Of a stretch of DNA of 64,000 nt, positions 26,407 through 36,269 are shown one piece after another; position 1 is the first letter of the stretch; each line of letters starts with the position of its first letter. The notes below the pieces were generated by a model, which did not search any database, was not told the DNA's origin, and was given only the letters and a program-made list of their open reading frames with translations. The DNA comes from a virus, in IMG/VR virus record IMGVR_UViG_3300035193_000067, positions 1-64,000 of that record; one strand, given 5' to 3'. A program made the translations under genes and the position numbers.

Positions 26407-26909
26407 TAGTCCTCCTGAAAATAATCCTTTGTCGGATCATACGGCCGTATTATAAACTCTGATCTCTCCTCATCATCCCACTTCTCATCCCCTTTTACTA
26501 TTTTTTCCTCCATCTGAAAACGTACAAGTTTGTCATCCATCAAAGTCTTGTCCAGAACATCATATACCTGTTTACCATTTTCATCCTTCACAAGTCTGTT
26601 ATTCTCCTTCCGTTTAACCTTCCTTCCTTGCATGGCATCCAGAAGCACTGCAGGAAGATTGTCCAGATCCGGCTCCCACTGCCGTCTGTGGTAGAATTTA
26701 TACCAGATCTCAACCAGGTAGTCAATAGGAGCTTCACCACCCTGCTCAAGGAACTGTTGGTGAATATCTGCACAGATCTCATCACGTCTCTTGGTAAAGT
26801 CTGAAGAATGCCCTACCGCATAATGTTTTCCTCTCTTCTGAACCTTGATATTATTCTTTTGAGAGAGCGGTCTTCCGTATACTACGAACTTGTAAACTCG
26901 ATCTTTCAT
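26406..26909 (-). CDS. rusA: RusA-like Holliday junction resolvase
   Basis: V.GRP.S..N, PDLDNL...LLDAM, DDKLV. Confidence 0.8.
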   Translation of the reverse strand: MKDRVYKFVVYGRPLSQKNNIKVQKRGKHYAVGHSSDFTKRRDEICADIHQQFLEQGGEAPIDYLVEIWYKFYHRRQWEPDLDNLPAVLLDAMQGRKVKRKENNRLVKDENGKQVYDVLDKTLMDDKLVRFQMEEKIVKGDEKWDDEERSEFIIRPYDPTKDYFQED

Positions 26910-27181
26910 TGTGGAATCTCTGAGGTACAGAGAAGACCTCTGCCGTACAAAGCTGCCCACTCCGGAGCTTTCTTTGTAGTCAGCTTTTTACCAGCAGGAT
27001 CCATAAAGATAATATCTACGCTATCATCAACTTTAGAGAACATAAAAGAAGCATTACCTTTTGTTTCTCTGCATTCTTTAAAATCCTCCCCAAAAAAATC
27101 ACACCATACCTTTAATGCATCTTCCGCACTATACGCTATTACAGTATTCCAAACATTAGACCAAACACTCAACTTTTTCAT
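26906..27181 (-). CDS. MKKLSVW family copy 3
   Basis: MKKLSVW...AYSAEDAL.VW...EW..L.GRG.LC.SE. Confidence 0.8.
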   Translation of the reverse strand: MKKLSVWSNVWNTVIAYSAEDALKVWCDFFGEDFKECRETKGNASFMFSKVDDSVDIIFMDPAGKKLTTKKAPEWAALYGRGLLCTSEIPQ

Positions 27182-27197
27182 TTTGCACAACACCTTT

Positions 27198-27458
27198 CTA
27201 AAACTCCGAGGTACAAAGAATACCTCTGCCGTTTAAACCTACCCACTCACAAGCTTTCATGGTAGTTCTCCCTTCCGTATCAAGATCCATAATTGTAATC
27301 TCTTGATCATCAGGTACTTCAGAAAATACATAACCTATCCTTCCTTCGAACGCAATAAAGTCCTCACCAAAGAAATCACACCATACAGTTAATGCATCTT
27401 CTGCACTGTACGCGACAATACTATCCATTTCACTTTTCCAAACACTCAACTTTTTCAT
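27198..27458 (-). CDS. MKKLSVW family copy 2
   Basis: Same motifs as copy 3. Confidence 0.8.
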   Translation of the reverse strand: MKKLSVWKSEMDSIVAYSAEDALTVWCDFFGEDFIAFEGRIGYVFSEVPDDQEITIMDLDTEGRTTMKACEWVGLNGRGILCTSEF

Positions 27459-27474
27459 TTTGCACAACACCCTT

Positions 27475-27735
27475 CTAAAACTCCGAGATGCAAAGAAGAC
27501 CACGACCGTTCAGAGCAACCCATTCATAAGCTTTCATCGTAACCTCTTCTTTTGTATTTCTGTCAAAAATTGACAAATCTACACTATCTGCAACTTCAGT
27601 AAAAACGTACTTAACTTTACCGTCAAACAAATCGTACTTACCTCTGAATAAACCTTCCCATAAAGACAGAGCATCATCCTCGCTGTAAGCTGCCACAACT
27701 CCCACTGCACACACCCAAACACTCAACTTTTTCAT
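27475..27735 (-). CDS. MKKLSVW family copy 1
   Basis: Same motifs; ATGA overlap with upstream stop. Confidence 0.8.
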   Translation of the reverse strand: MKKLSVWVCAVGVVAAYSEDDALSLWEGLFRGKYDLFDGKVKYVFTEVADSVDLSIFDRNTKEEVTMKAYEWVALNGRGLLCISEF

Positions 27736-27980
27736 TTTGCACAACACCTTACTAAAATCTCCCTGGCAGCAGGGTCTTTTTTCCAAAACTCCTTAAACAA
27801 AAAATCACGATCATCAGCAGTACCGTTTTTCCAAAGATCCGTTATCTTACGATCTGTATAAGGACCTGTAATAATAACAATATCACCATCAATGTACCTG
27901 TAGGCAGTCTTGGATTTAGACTGTCCAGCCGCCTGTGCACGCTTGTGTGCTTCGTGATTATATGTTGGTTTATTTTCCAC
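27732..27980 (-). CDS. Hypothetical protein
   Basis: Coupled ORF. Confidence 0.65.
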   Translation of the reverse strand: MENKPTYNHEAHKRAQAAGQSKSKTAYRYIDGDIVIITGPYTDRKITDLWKNGTADDRDFLFKEFWKKDPAAREILVRCCAK

Positions 27981-28524
27981 TGTGAATCGTTGCCATGTCA
28001 GAAGAAGATGGTGTTACCAAACCACTCTTTCGAGTTCTTACCTCCACCAAGCTGTTCACATAGGATTCATACAACTTTAAATCATCCTGACTGGATCTTC
28101 TGAGCATGTACAGAAAATCGAAATCAATAAACACTTCTTCAAACAAAAAACCTGCCTTATGAATAGTGGTAATTGCTACCTGCAAGGAAGGACCTTCTGA
28201 AGGAACTGCTGAAGACTCAACCCATTCAATATACAGCATTGGGTATTTGTAGTAACCACTCTCTTCAGTCAGACACGCCAGGTAATCAACTCCTTCAGAC
28301 TTACCAAACAGAACAGGACAACCTTCAAACAAAAGAGCATCTTCAAGCAGGGAAGAATCCTTAGAGTCTGATTCAGAACTGTCACCAGGCCCTATATTTG
28401 ACTCTTTGAAGGAGTATGTACTACTTTCCTTGGAAGGAGCTGCCTGAGCTTTACTGGCAGCTGCAGCAGTTCTTTCTTCATATCGTCTCAACATCTCACT
28501 AACTTTATCATCCATAATATTCAC
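27970..28524 (-). CDS. Hypothetical protein
   Basis: ORF in operon. Confidence 0.7.
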   Translation of the reverse strand: MNIMDDKVSEMLRRYEERTAAAASKAQAAPSKESSTYSFKESNIGPGDSSESDSKDSSLLEDALLFEGCPVLFGKSEGVDYLACLTEESGYYKYPMLYIEWVESSAVPSEGPSLQVAITTIHKAGFLFEEVFIDFDFLYMLRRSSQDDLKLYESYVNSLVEVRTRKSGLVTPSSSDMATIHSGK

Positions 28525-28543
28525 CTTTCAACTAACGTACACT

Positions 28544-30643
28544 TTACTGTACAGCTGATCCAATTTCTATCTGAGTACATCCATTGGACTTACGAGCTGT
28601 CCAGGTACCATTAAACGTAACCAGATCTCGAACCTTGTCACTGTTGTCTGTCAAAAACACAGTACCTTTGGTAAGCATTGCCTGAAGACTCTGTGCAACC
28701 CTCTGAGCATTATTCCCATCCATGTAGCCAAAGATCTCATCAAGCAGCATCAAATTACAGCCCTGACCGGACTTCCTTGCCATCTCATACATAGCCTTGG
28801 CAACCGCAAGAGACACTTTGGCAATCTCCCCTTCAGAATACAACTTGGGATGGATATTCTTCTTACCATCATAGATCTCCAGCTTTACTTCATTCTTCAA
28901 CAGATCCATGGTGGAAGCTGCATTCCTGGAAGAGGACTTCTCATTAAATGCTGAAACATTGACTCTCATCGAATCCCCCATATTTGACAGAAACTCATTG
29001 GCCAGATCTGTAATATCCTTCATGGATTCAGACAGCTTCAGCAGCTTTATTGAAGGTATGTTGGAGATAAGCCACTCATACAGCGCAACTTCCTTCAACA
29101 GCTCCTGCATGGATCCCTTGTGCTGCTTAATTCCTTTTCCTCTTTCCTGAATCTGTATCTCAAGAGAATTTATGTCATTGATCTTTTGCTCTATCAAAAC
29201 CACTTCAGATTTTTTGTTGGATCCCAGCTGACGAATCCTACCCAGATCCTCCTGAGCTTCCTGGACAGCCTCTCCAGCCTCTCTAATAACTCCATCATAT
29301 GCAGAATAAGCTTCGTACTCACTGGTAAGTCTTTTACCCAGATCCTGAAGAGATCCTCTCAGCTCCTGAGCACGCAAGTACAGCGAATTAACCCGAGACT
29401 CTTCTTCCGAGGTTTTCTTATCAAGATCCTGCTGCATACAGGTCTGCTTTTTTGCAATCTCCTCATTAAGCTGATTGATCCTTTCCTGATAAGCTTCCAC
29501 ACGAGTCTGACGCTCATTTAGTATTGACTGCTTCTTGTCGGAAGAGATACCCTGTGCACACACTGGACAGGTATCTATTGACAGGATGTTATCTCCTTCA
29601 TGCAAAGCAGAATTCAGAGTTCCCTGGGTGCGGTGCAGATCTCTGGTAAGGTCATTCAACTCTTTTTGCAGATTAGGATCAGCACTTACAGGACGGGATA
29701 CCATCGATCTCTCAACGCCTGCCAGATCTGTCTTGATTGAAAGCTCTTCCTGATTAAGCTGATTAATGATGTCCACATTTAAAGTGGATTTGCGCTTCTC
29801 CTCCAAATCTGTATAAGCAGCTTTTTTGCTCTTCAGCAAAGTCTCTCCTGCTGCATACTCATCACGGAGATCCTGCAGTTCCTTTTTCGCCTCGGACAAC
29901 TTACCTACATAGTCAAGAGATCTTAATGACTCCAGTTGAGATTTAAGAGTGTCGACAGATCCCTGCTCATGAGAAATCTTCAGATTTAACTGAGTGATCT
30001 GATCCTGCAGCTGTTTTCGGCTTTTTCTGGCCTTGTCCTGTATTGAATCCCATTCTTCCACTCCAGTAATACCTGAAAGAAGTGTCATTCGCTCCTTATT
30101 GGTTCCTCTTAAGAACCTGGAACCCACTCTGGGAGACAGAAAAGAGATAGCCAGAAAATTTGCATAAGAAATCCCAATAATCTCCTTGATCTTCTCTTTT
30201 GTTTGAGGCATGCCGGATCCTCTGCAATCAATCCACTGACGAGCCTCTGAATCAAATCTGTCAAGGTATAGACCGGTTCCTACATAATTGGTTGAAGTAT
30301 CATTATCAACTTCGTAAAAAGCCTTTTTCCACTTCCTGGTGTATGTGATCCTCCAGTGCGTTTGATCTGTAGTAGTAAACAACAACCTTCCTGCCATACC
30401 CTGACCCCAAACAGAATTAATGACATCGTCACCTTTCATTTCTGTGGGATTGTCCTGAAACAGCATTTCACATATTGCATAGAACAGAGAAGACTTCCCG
30501 GATCCGTTGCTGTCACCACCTTTATCATCATTCACTCCCTGAAGATGAATCAAACCCTTGTTCATCAAATGAACAGGTTGTGGGCAGAGTCCGTAGGAAA
30601 ACATCCCGGTTGGGTTTACTGCATGAATGGTTAGTACACTCAT
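28544..30643 (-). CDS. sbcC: SbcC/Rad50/gp46-like SMC ATPase
   Basis: NGSGKSS Walker A, coiled coil with CPVC zinc hook, YSEGE signature, LLDE Walker B. Confidence 0.92.
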   Translation of the reverse strand: MSVLTIHAVNPTGMFSYGLCPQPVHLMNKGLIHLQGVNDDKGGDSNGSGKSSLFYAICEMLFQDNPTEMKGDDVINSVWGQGMAGRLLFTTTDQTHWRITYTRKWKKAFYEVDNDTSTNYVGTGLYLDRFDSEARQWIDCRGSGMPQTKEKIKEIIGISYANFLAISFLSPRVGSRFLRGTNKERMTLLSGITGVEEWDSIQDKARKSRKQLQDQITQLNLKISHEQGSVDTLKSQLESLRSLDYVGKLSEAKKELQDLRDEYAAGETLLKSKKAAYTDLEEKRKSTLNVDIINQLNQEELSIKTDLAGVERSMVSRPVSADPNLQKELNDLTRDLHRTQGTLNSALHEGDNILSIDTCPVCAQGISSDKKQSILNERQTRVEAYQERINQLNEEIAKKQTCMQQDLDKKTSEEESRVNSLYLRAQELRGSLQDLGKRLTSEYEAYSAYDGVIREAGEAVQEAQEDLGRIRQLGSNKKSEVVLIEQKINDINSLEIQIQERGKGIKQHKGSMQELLKEVALYEWLISNIPSIKLLKLSESMKDITDLANEFLSNMGDSMRVNVSAFNEKSSSRNAASTMDLLKNEVKLEIYDGKKNIHPKLYSEGEIAKVSLAVAKAMYEMARKSGQGCNLMLLDEIFGYMDGNNAQRVAQSLQAMLTKGTVFLTDNSDKVRDLVTFNGTWTARKSNGCTQIEIGSAVQ

Positions 30644-30819
30644 GCGTCTCTCCAGCGCTCTCGTTGGCAGTTGTTCTTGACATTAAGACCTTTTTGAAGT
30701 ACTCCTCCACACTTCTCACAACGCCTGTCCAGATGCTCTGCAGGCACCTCTGTGTCGTTGTAGATTTCCTCCACAGGATTGGAGCATTCAAGACAAAAAT
30801 ATTCCACAAGCTTTGCCAT
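30640..30819 (-). CDS. FmdB-like zinc-ribbon protein (59 aa)
   Basis: Not in track. MAKLVEYFCLECSNPVEEI...CEKCGG; GAGG RBS; ATGA overlap with sbcC. Confidence 0.75.
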   Translation of the reverse strand: MAKLVEYFCLECSNPVEEIYNDTEVPAEHLDRRCEKCGGVLQKGLNVKNNCQRERWRDA

Positions 30820-30837
30820 CTTATTAACCTCTCAATT

Positions 30838-31938
30838 CTACGATTTTTTCAATTCTATAACTTTTTCAATAATAGCGACTTTAGACAAGCTGCCTATACA
30901 GGAAAAATTACTATCAATGTATCTTTCAACATCATCTTCAGGAGACCCGTCTTTTTCCAAATCACACACTGATTCATATCTCTGAGCAGAGTATCCACGA
31001 AGGACATCCACTCTACGGGCATTTAACTGCCTGCTTAGCTTATTCCAATAATCATCATCTGCCAATCTGTCAACATCGCTTTTATCTCCATATAGACGAA
31101 CCTCAACCAGCTGATCCACCACCTGATCATCAGGTATGGTCAGATCTGTTATAGCAGTAGCGGCAGTTACGTCAAAAGAGACCTTGGTGAAGAAATTTCG
31201 AATAGGCTGAAAACGTTCTTCTATTTCCCATGTGCTTCCTGGTGTTTTTCTTGTGATAGTATACTCTGTCCAACCTCTTTCAACATTGGCATCCGCTTTA
31301 TTGCGCTGTATTGCAGACCCTAAATACCTGCCTTTAGTATTGTTTAAGTTAAGCACCTGACGGATATGAATATCACCTGCCAGAACAAGATCAAACTCAG
31401 GCAGATCTATTAAAGATGGATCAAGACCTCCATCAGAGGATCTAACATGATCTTCATCAAAGAAGCAACCTCTTAAGGAATCATGAAAAGTGAACAGATT
31501 GAAGCAATCCAGATCAATTTCATATGCAGACTTGTCCATCCTGAAATCTGCAGGAAGTGCATGAATCCTTATATTCTTAAAAGGATACGTCTTTGATTCA
31601 TCCATTACCACTACATTGTTGTAGCTCTTAAGAGACTCTGAAGTATGCCAGCGCATTGTGGCATCCACCCAGTCATGGTTACCGATCAGATGGTAATGAG
31701 GGATCTTTCCAGTATGCACGTTCTCTTCAATGACTCTATCAGCTCTCACCTTAACTTCATCATGAGGCTCTCTTTTTAGATACCGATCACCTGGAAAGAG
31801 TGTAAAATCAGCTCCCCATTCCCTGGCTCTGTTGAAGATGGCGGTTTCCAGTGCAACTGTGTCATTGATAGTAATACACTTAGCCCCGTTTTCATCATGG
31901 TGTATATCTGACCAGGCTATAAACTTATAGCATTCCAT
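30838..31938 (-). CDS. sbcD: SbcD/Mre11/gp47-like metallophosphoesterase nuclease
   Basis: SDIH, GD, GNHD, GDIH, YLGS motifs; next to sbcC. Confidence 0.9.
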   Translation of the reverse strand: MECYKFIAWSDIHHDENGAKCITINDTVALETAIFNRAREWGADFTLFPGDRYLKREPHDEVKVRADRVIEENVHTGKIPHYHLIGNHDWVDATMRWHTSESLKSYNNVVVMDESKTYPFKNIRIHALPADFRMDKSAYEIDLDCFNLFTFHDSLRGCFFDEDHVRSSDGGLDPSLIDLPEFDLVLAGDIHIRQVLNLNNTKGRYLGSAIQRNKADANVERGWTEYTITRKTPGSTWEIEERFQPIRNFFTKVSFDVTAATAITDLTIPDDQVVDQLVEVRLYGDKSDVDRLADDDYWNKLSRQLNARRVDVLRGYSAQRYESVCDLEKDGSPEDDVERYIDSNFSCIGSLSKVAIIEKVIELKKS

Positions 31939-31952
31939 AAAACAGAACCTCC

Positions 31953-32234
31953 TTAAAACACTATATCCATGCTACATTTTTCAGCATCTTTTTCCAAAGA
32001 CTCCGCTAGCCTGTAACACCACTCTGAAAGCTTAAGCATAGCTTCTTTTGTTGTAGGCTTCTCACACTCAGTAATATGCAGCTCAGCTTTTACACAAGGC
32101 TTTTCGCAGTAATGACCATAAATCTTTAAAGACATGTCCTGACTAAGAGTATTGTCGTCATTAGTATGCAGCACTTCATAATCCAGGCGTAAGATCTCTC
32201 CAGAAGCCTTCTCTATGTTTTTCAGCTTAATCAT
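31953..32234 (-). CDS. Hypothetical protein
   Basis: GGAGG RBS. Confidence 0.65.
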   Translation of the reverse strand: MIKLKNIEKASGEILRLDYEVLHTNDDNTLSQDMSLKIYGHYCEKPCVKAELHITECEKPTTKEAMLKLSEWCYRLAESLEKDAEKCSMDIVF

Positions 32235-32248
32235 TGCGTAGCCCCTCC

Positions 32249-33256
32249 TTAAAAGCCGTAGTGCTCTTTTACGCCCTTTTCAAGCACTGCAAACACTTCA
32301 GGAGCCTCTTTTAGCGCTTCAACAAAATTACCCAAACCCTGTGCTTTCAACTCCCCATAGGAATACCAACCACCACCACTTTTACTTACTAAATCAAGCC
32401 CTTCAGCAAGATCAACAATCTCCTCTTCATAAGGAATACCTTCCCCGTACCTGACAATAGTCGAAGCTTCCCTGAATGGAGGTGCCAATTTGTTTTTGAT
32501 AAACTTAACACGTACGTCATTATGGGTAGCAATACCGTCCTTGTCCTTATGTGTTTTGGTTCTTCGAATATCCAACCGCATAGAAGCAAAAAACTTAAGA
32601 GCATTTCCCCCAGAGGTTGTTTCATTACTTCCGTACGTAACCCCTAGCTTACTTCTAATCTGATTAACCCATAAAAGAATCACACCAGAACTGCCAACAA
32701 TGGAATTGAGCTTTCTGCATGCCTGGGACATCAACCGTGCCTGCGCACCCATTTGAGCATCACCCATCTCCCCATTAATTTCAGAGACAGGAGTAATAGC
32801 TGCAACAGAATCAATCACAATAATATCACCTTCACCAAAAACCTTGCACATATCCTCAACAGAGTTCAAGCCCTGCTCACCTGAATCAGGCTGAAGGAGT
32901 AACGCTTTGCTTAAATCAAACCCGAGATTGGAACAGTAGGAAGGATCCAAAGCATGCTCGAAATCGCAGTAAAAAACCATCCCACCTTTCTTTTGCACTT
33001 CTGCACAGGTCTGGATACAGATTGTGCTTTTCCCTGAACTCTCCGGTCCAAAGATCTCCACCATCCTCCCATGAGGTGCTCCACCGATTCCTGATGCAAT
33101 ATCCAGTTTCAGAGATCCGAAAGAGGTGTGCGGGACTTCATTTTTAATATCCGTCTCATCCATTACCATAATCTCTGTTTTATTCAACTTATTGAACTGC
33201 TGCAAAATATCCTGTACAGATCGTGTTGCAACTTTTTCACTCTTTTTCTTAGCCAT
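32249..33256 (-). CDS. recA: RecA recombinase
   Basis: GPESSGKST, DFEHALDP, IDSVAA, QARLMSQA.RK, NQIR, GGNALKF..S.RLD. Confidence 0.98.
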   Translation of the reverse strand: MAKKKSEKVATRSVQDILQQFNKLNKTEIMVMDETDIKNEVPHTSFGSLKLDIASGIGGAPHGRMVEIFGPESSGKSTICIQTCAEVQKKGGMVFYCDFEHALDPSYCSNLGFDLSKALLLQPDSGEQGLNSVEDMCKVFGEGDIIVIDSVAAITPVSEINGEMGDAQMGAQARLMSQACRKLNSIVGSSGVILLWVNQIRSKLGVTYGSNETTSGGNALKFFASMRLDIRRTKTHKDKDGIATHNDVRVKFIKNKLAPPFREASTIVRYGEGIPYEEEIVDLAEGLDLVSKSGGGWYSYGELKAQGLGNFVEALKEAPEVFAVLEKGVKEHYGF

Positions 33257-33273
33257 AAAGACCTCCTGAAAGG

Positions 33274-33321
33274 AAAAACACAGGTCTTGAGGTACCTATT
33301 GAGTTAGTACCAAAAGACCTG
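33274..33321 (-). terminator. Putative intrinsic terminator/attenuator upstream of recA
   Basis: CAGGTCTT-tt-GGTAC...GTACC-tc-AAGACCTG followed by TGTTTTT. Confidence 0.6.
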
Positions 33322-33339
33322 CATTATTTTATTGAAAAA

Positions 33340-34674
33340 TTACCATTTTTCAGGCTGGTCGCCTGCTTCACCCCTGTCAGGAAGATCAAACACATCAGGC
33401 TCAGCGTCTGCAGACATTCCAGGAACACTGGGAACCATAGGAGGAGCTGTCTGAGCTACAGGAGGAGCTGTCTGAGCTACAGGAGGAGCTGTCTGAGCTA
33501 CAGGAGGAGCTGTTTGAGCTACAGGAGGAGCTGTCTGAGCTACAGGAGGAGCTGTTTGAGCTACAGGAGGTGCTGTCTGAGCTACAGGAGGTGCTGTCAT
33601 ACCTGGAACCATAGGAGGTGCTGCAGGAGCTGCCACAGCTGCCTGTTTAGGGATATACGCGTTCATACTCTGGGCAGGAACGTTGGCAGACGAAGAAGAC
33701 CCCCCAATGTACTGCTGCATTTCTTCAGCAGTGAGGATGCTAATAATCTCTGAAGGATCAGCCATGTTGGAAAGGCTTGTCATATAGGTCTTCCAAGCCT
33801 CTTCAGGTTGCACATAATCCCCGAGAGTTACTGTATAATCAGTATCTCTGAAATTATTATTGCTGCATTTGGTTGTATCCTTATCTACTTCAATCAAACG
33901 CAACCCTTCTGGATCATCAAAAACAAAAAACGGAAGATGGCCTTTATCAGCTGCTTTCTCATAAAACTTGTTAAGCATTTTAACAATGCTTGTAGGAGTA
34001 ATCCAGTACTGATAGCCTGCATCTTCCCCCTCAGGGATCTGAACAGTTCCTTTGATTCGTCCGTAGTCAACTACCTGAGTAATATACTTGTCAGATACTT
34101 CATACGTCCTGGTAGCAGCGATAAAAGTCTCACTGAGAATCGGATCAGAATCAACAATGGATTTGTAAGCCTTTCCTTTAGGCTTCTCTATCAGTCCACG
34201 ATCCTCCAGTACCTGTGTCCAGCGCTCATTGTGATCATCCCAGGCCTGTTTACGTGCTTTACAGAACGGGCAGGACCCGTCCTTGAACATCTTGGATTTT
34301 CCCCAGACCTGAGTAAGGTACTTGTTGAACTCATTGGGACAAATGAAAGTATGGAAACCTGTAGACCCGTCCTCACGCTCGTACTTGTCAATGGAGTGTA
34401 CAGGAATCTTGAAGTGATAGGTGTAGACAGGATCCTCTCCCTGACGAGGTGCCAGTGGGTTTCCTGCAACAAGGCCCAGTGCTTCCGCCTCTTCAGGTGT
34501 CTTGTTAAAGATCTTCCACATATCCGGTTGATACAGAGGAATATACAGTTCATTGGTGAATGATTTACCCGTCTGATGGGGCAGGGGTTTATACATTCTG
34601 GTCAGTTTTGTTGCGGAGGAAGTACCTTCAACTTCAGTACGTGCTGCCGCAGGTGCGTTGTAAGTTATTTTCAT
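33340..34674 (-). CDS. gp32-like single-stranded DNA-binding protein with Pro-rich linker
   Basis: CP...CPFC, Y..QV, W..P..I, DPEG..I...K, T.Y.V pattern; acidic C-terminal tail; beside recA. Confidence 0.6.
   Translation of the reverse strand: MKITYNAPAAARTEVEGTSSATKLTRMYKPLPHQTGKSFTNELYIPLYQPDMWKIFNKTPEEAEALGLVAGNPLAPRQGEDPVYTYHFKIPVHSIDKYEREDGSTGFHTFICPNEFNKYLTQVWGKSKMFKDGSCPFCKARKQAWDDHNERWTQVLEDRGLIEKPKGKAYKSIVDSDPILSETFIAATRTYEVSDKYITQVVDYGRIKGTVQIPEGEDAGYQYWITPTSIVKMLNKFYEKAADKGHLPFFVFDDPEGLRLIEVDKDTTKCSNNNFRDTDYTVTLGDYVQPEEAWKTYMTSLSNMADPSEIISILTAEEMQQYIGGSSSSANVPAQSMNAYIPKQAAVAAPAAPPMVPGMTAPPVAQTAPPVAQTAPPVAQTAPPVAQTAPPVAQTAPPVAQTAPPVAQTAPPMVPSVPGMSADAEPDVFDLPDRGEAGDQPEKW
33439..33597. 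repeat. Coding VNTR, 7 x 21 bp (APPVAQT)
   Basis: ggaggagctgtctgagctaca units, tgagctac every 21 bp from 33452 to 33578. Confidence 0.95.
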
Positions 34675-34686
34675 AAAATACTCCTT

Positions 34687-34962
34687 TTAGATAACCTTGT
34701 CATAGGTTTGTTCAAAAATGTCAGGCTTGCAGGGATAGAATTCACCCTGTACACCTTTAATTATATAATCACCAATAGATGCAACCATTACCCCTTCCAG
34801 AGTGGTAATCTTAAACTGACCATCCGCAGGATCAATTCCGTAACCACATTCATGAAAAGCTCCCAAGCCTTTCACTCCCATAAAATCAAGGACATCCTCA
34901 ACATTATGAGTGTTTAATTTTATTGCATCAACTTCTACAGGCTTCTTTCTGTACTTAGCCAT
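34687..34962 (-). CDS. Conserved phage protein (KYRKKPV...TLEG...GDYIIKG..GEFYPCKPDIF)
   Basis: Widespread phage family motif. Confidence 0.85.
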   Translation of the reverse strand: MAKYRKKPVEVDAIKLNTHNVEDVLDFMGVKGLGAFHECGYGIDPADGQFKITTLEGVMVASIGDYIIKGVQGEFYPCKPDIFEQTYDKVI

Positions 34963-35599
34963 TGTTTACCTCATTTTCTACAGGAATGAAATCATTTTCT
35001 TCATTCAGTTTGTATAGTACATTAGGGAGAAGTCCGTTCTCTCCGATATACCCTGTCTTTAACCGGTAACGACCTTCCTCATAATCTGCATATACAATAG
35101 AAACCATCCCCCTCCACCCAGCAGAAACAGATCCACCTAACCCCGCTGTAGCAAACCCATAGAACCCCGCTTTAGCAACCCCTCCAAACCCAGCTGTTGC
35201 AAACCCCCCATAACCTACAACAGCTGTTTGGTTATCTGCAACAGCAATTATTGCACCTGCAACATTGGCAGGGTCAGCCCCTTTCTCGATAATAAAATCT
35301 GTGGCAGCTTTGCGGTCCCCGCAGAACTCTACATAACCTGATTTAAATTTTACCATACCATTCAGACCTACAACACCGCCATCCACACGAACAACCACCC
35401 ACTTAGCGTTAGGAGACCAGTCTAATGCTACACCTGCACCAGAGCCCCACAACAATCCGTGGAGACCTTTACCGAAGATGGGTTCAGGATCCCAGTCAGG
35501 AGCTTCCACGTAACCGTAGGAAGGCCATTGGAAACCGTTATAAGATGTCAAGTCCTCATTGCAGGTCCTTAAAACATACACTGGTTTGTTTTCTTTCAT
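34955..35599 (-). CDS. Gly/Ala-repeat phage protein, paralog of ORF 1..419
   Basis: FQWP..G.VEAPDW...GLHG.LWG.G; ATAG repeats; GYIGENGL.P.V.Y.L. Confidence 0.8.
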   Translation of the reverse strand: MKENKPVYVLRTCNEDLTSYNGFQWPSYGYVEAPDWDPEPIFGKGLHGLLWGSGAGVALDWSPNAKWVVVRVDGGVVGLNGMVKFKSGYVEFCGDRKAATDFIIEKGADPANVAGAIIAVADNQTAVVGYGGFATAGFGGVAKAGFYGFATAGLGGSVSAGWRGMVSIVYADYEEGRYRLKTGYIGENGLLPNVLYKLNEENDFIPVENEVNNG

Positions 35600-35603
35600 T
35601 ACA

Positions 35604-36269
35604 TTACCTCATCTTCGGTGCAAAAGACTGCATCGATTGTGCACGATCAACATCTGACATAGGTCCTACATTTCCGTGCTTTTCCATTACCAATTCTTTC
35701 AAATCCTTCATGTGGAAAGATCTGGCTTCCAGACGCTTTGCTATATTCTGAAGAGTTTCCACCTGCTTCTTCATCTCTGACAAGGATCTCACCAAAGCTT
35801 CATAATACCAGACAGAAGTACCGGACACATACTTATACATGTCTTCAGAGAAATCCTCAAAAGTATCATGATGCACTCCACCACGCTTGGAGTAAGCATC
35901 GTATGCAAGCATGGCATACTTCTGTCTCAAAGACTCTGCAGTATTCTCTGAATAAATCATGATTACGTTGTCTTTAATAGATTCCATCGTAGGAGTCTTC
36001 TCACCATACGCTAGAGACAGCAATTTAGCAAATTTCTTATTATGTGCCCACCAGCTCTTCTCAAATTCGTTTTTAAAAAGGTCATAGCGGTTGTTATAAT
36101 TGATTGCCAGTTGCTCCCAACGTGCCTGGACAGCTGCATGAGTCTTGTACAGAGACTCTATCTGAGTTTCATCAAACTCAAGCAGATCGATGATATCCGT
36201 CTCAGGGACTTCCTCTTCAGACACTAAAGAGAATATCCCATTAGTGATTGCTACACGGAAGTTGCTCAT
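35604..36269 (-). CDS. Possible UvsY-like recombination mediator
   Basis: Helical; L.FDE......W...A N-terminus and L..I.K.LE.RSF..K C-terminus; near recA/SSB. Confidence 0.4.
   Translation of the reverse strand: MSNFRVAITNGIFSLVSEEEVPETDIIDLLEFDETQIESLYKTHAAVQARWEQLAINYNNRYDLFKNEFEKSWWAHNKKFAKLLSLAYGEKTPTMESIKDNVIMIYSENTAESLRQKYAMLAYDAYSKRGGVHHDTFEDFSEDMYKYVSGTSVWYYEALVRSLSEMKKQVETLQNIAKRLEARSFHMKDLKELVMEKHGNVGPMSDVDRAQSMQSFAPKMR

Larger units (their letters stand above)
27161..27757. repeat. Tandem triplication, 277-bp period
   Basis: ccaaacactcaactttttcattttgcacaacacc at 27161, 27438 and 27715. Confidence 0.9.

Noticed and set aside
27161-27757. Regularly spaced ~45-bp repeats as CRISPR or attC-like sites
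   Set aside because: The intervening ~230 bp are homologous coding sequence and the repeats are not palindromic; this is a tandem gene triplication.
30528-30809. 93-aa track ORF between sbcD and sbcC
   Set aside because: It overlaps sbcC by more than 100 nt; an alternative frame (30640..30819) has an RBS, a zinc ribbon and ATGA coupling.
33439-33597. 21-bp repeats as a CRISPR array
   Set aside because: Head-to-tail with no spacers, in frame within a CDS, and no cas genes.
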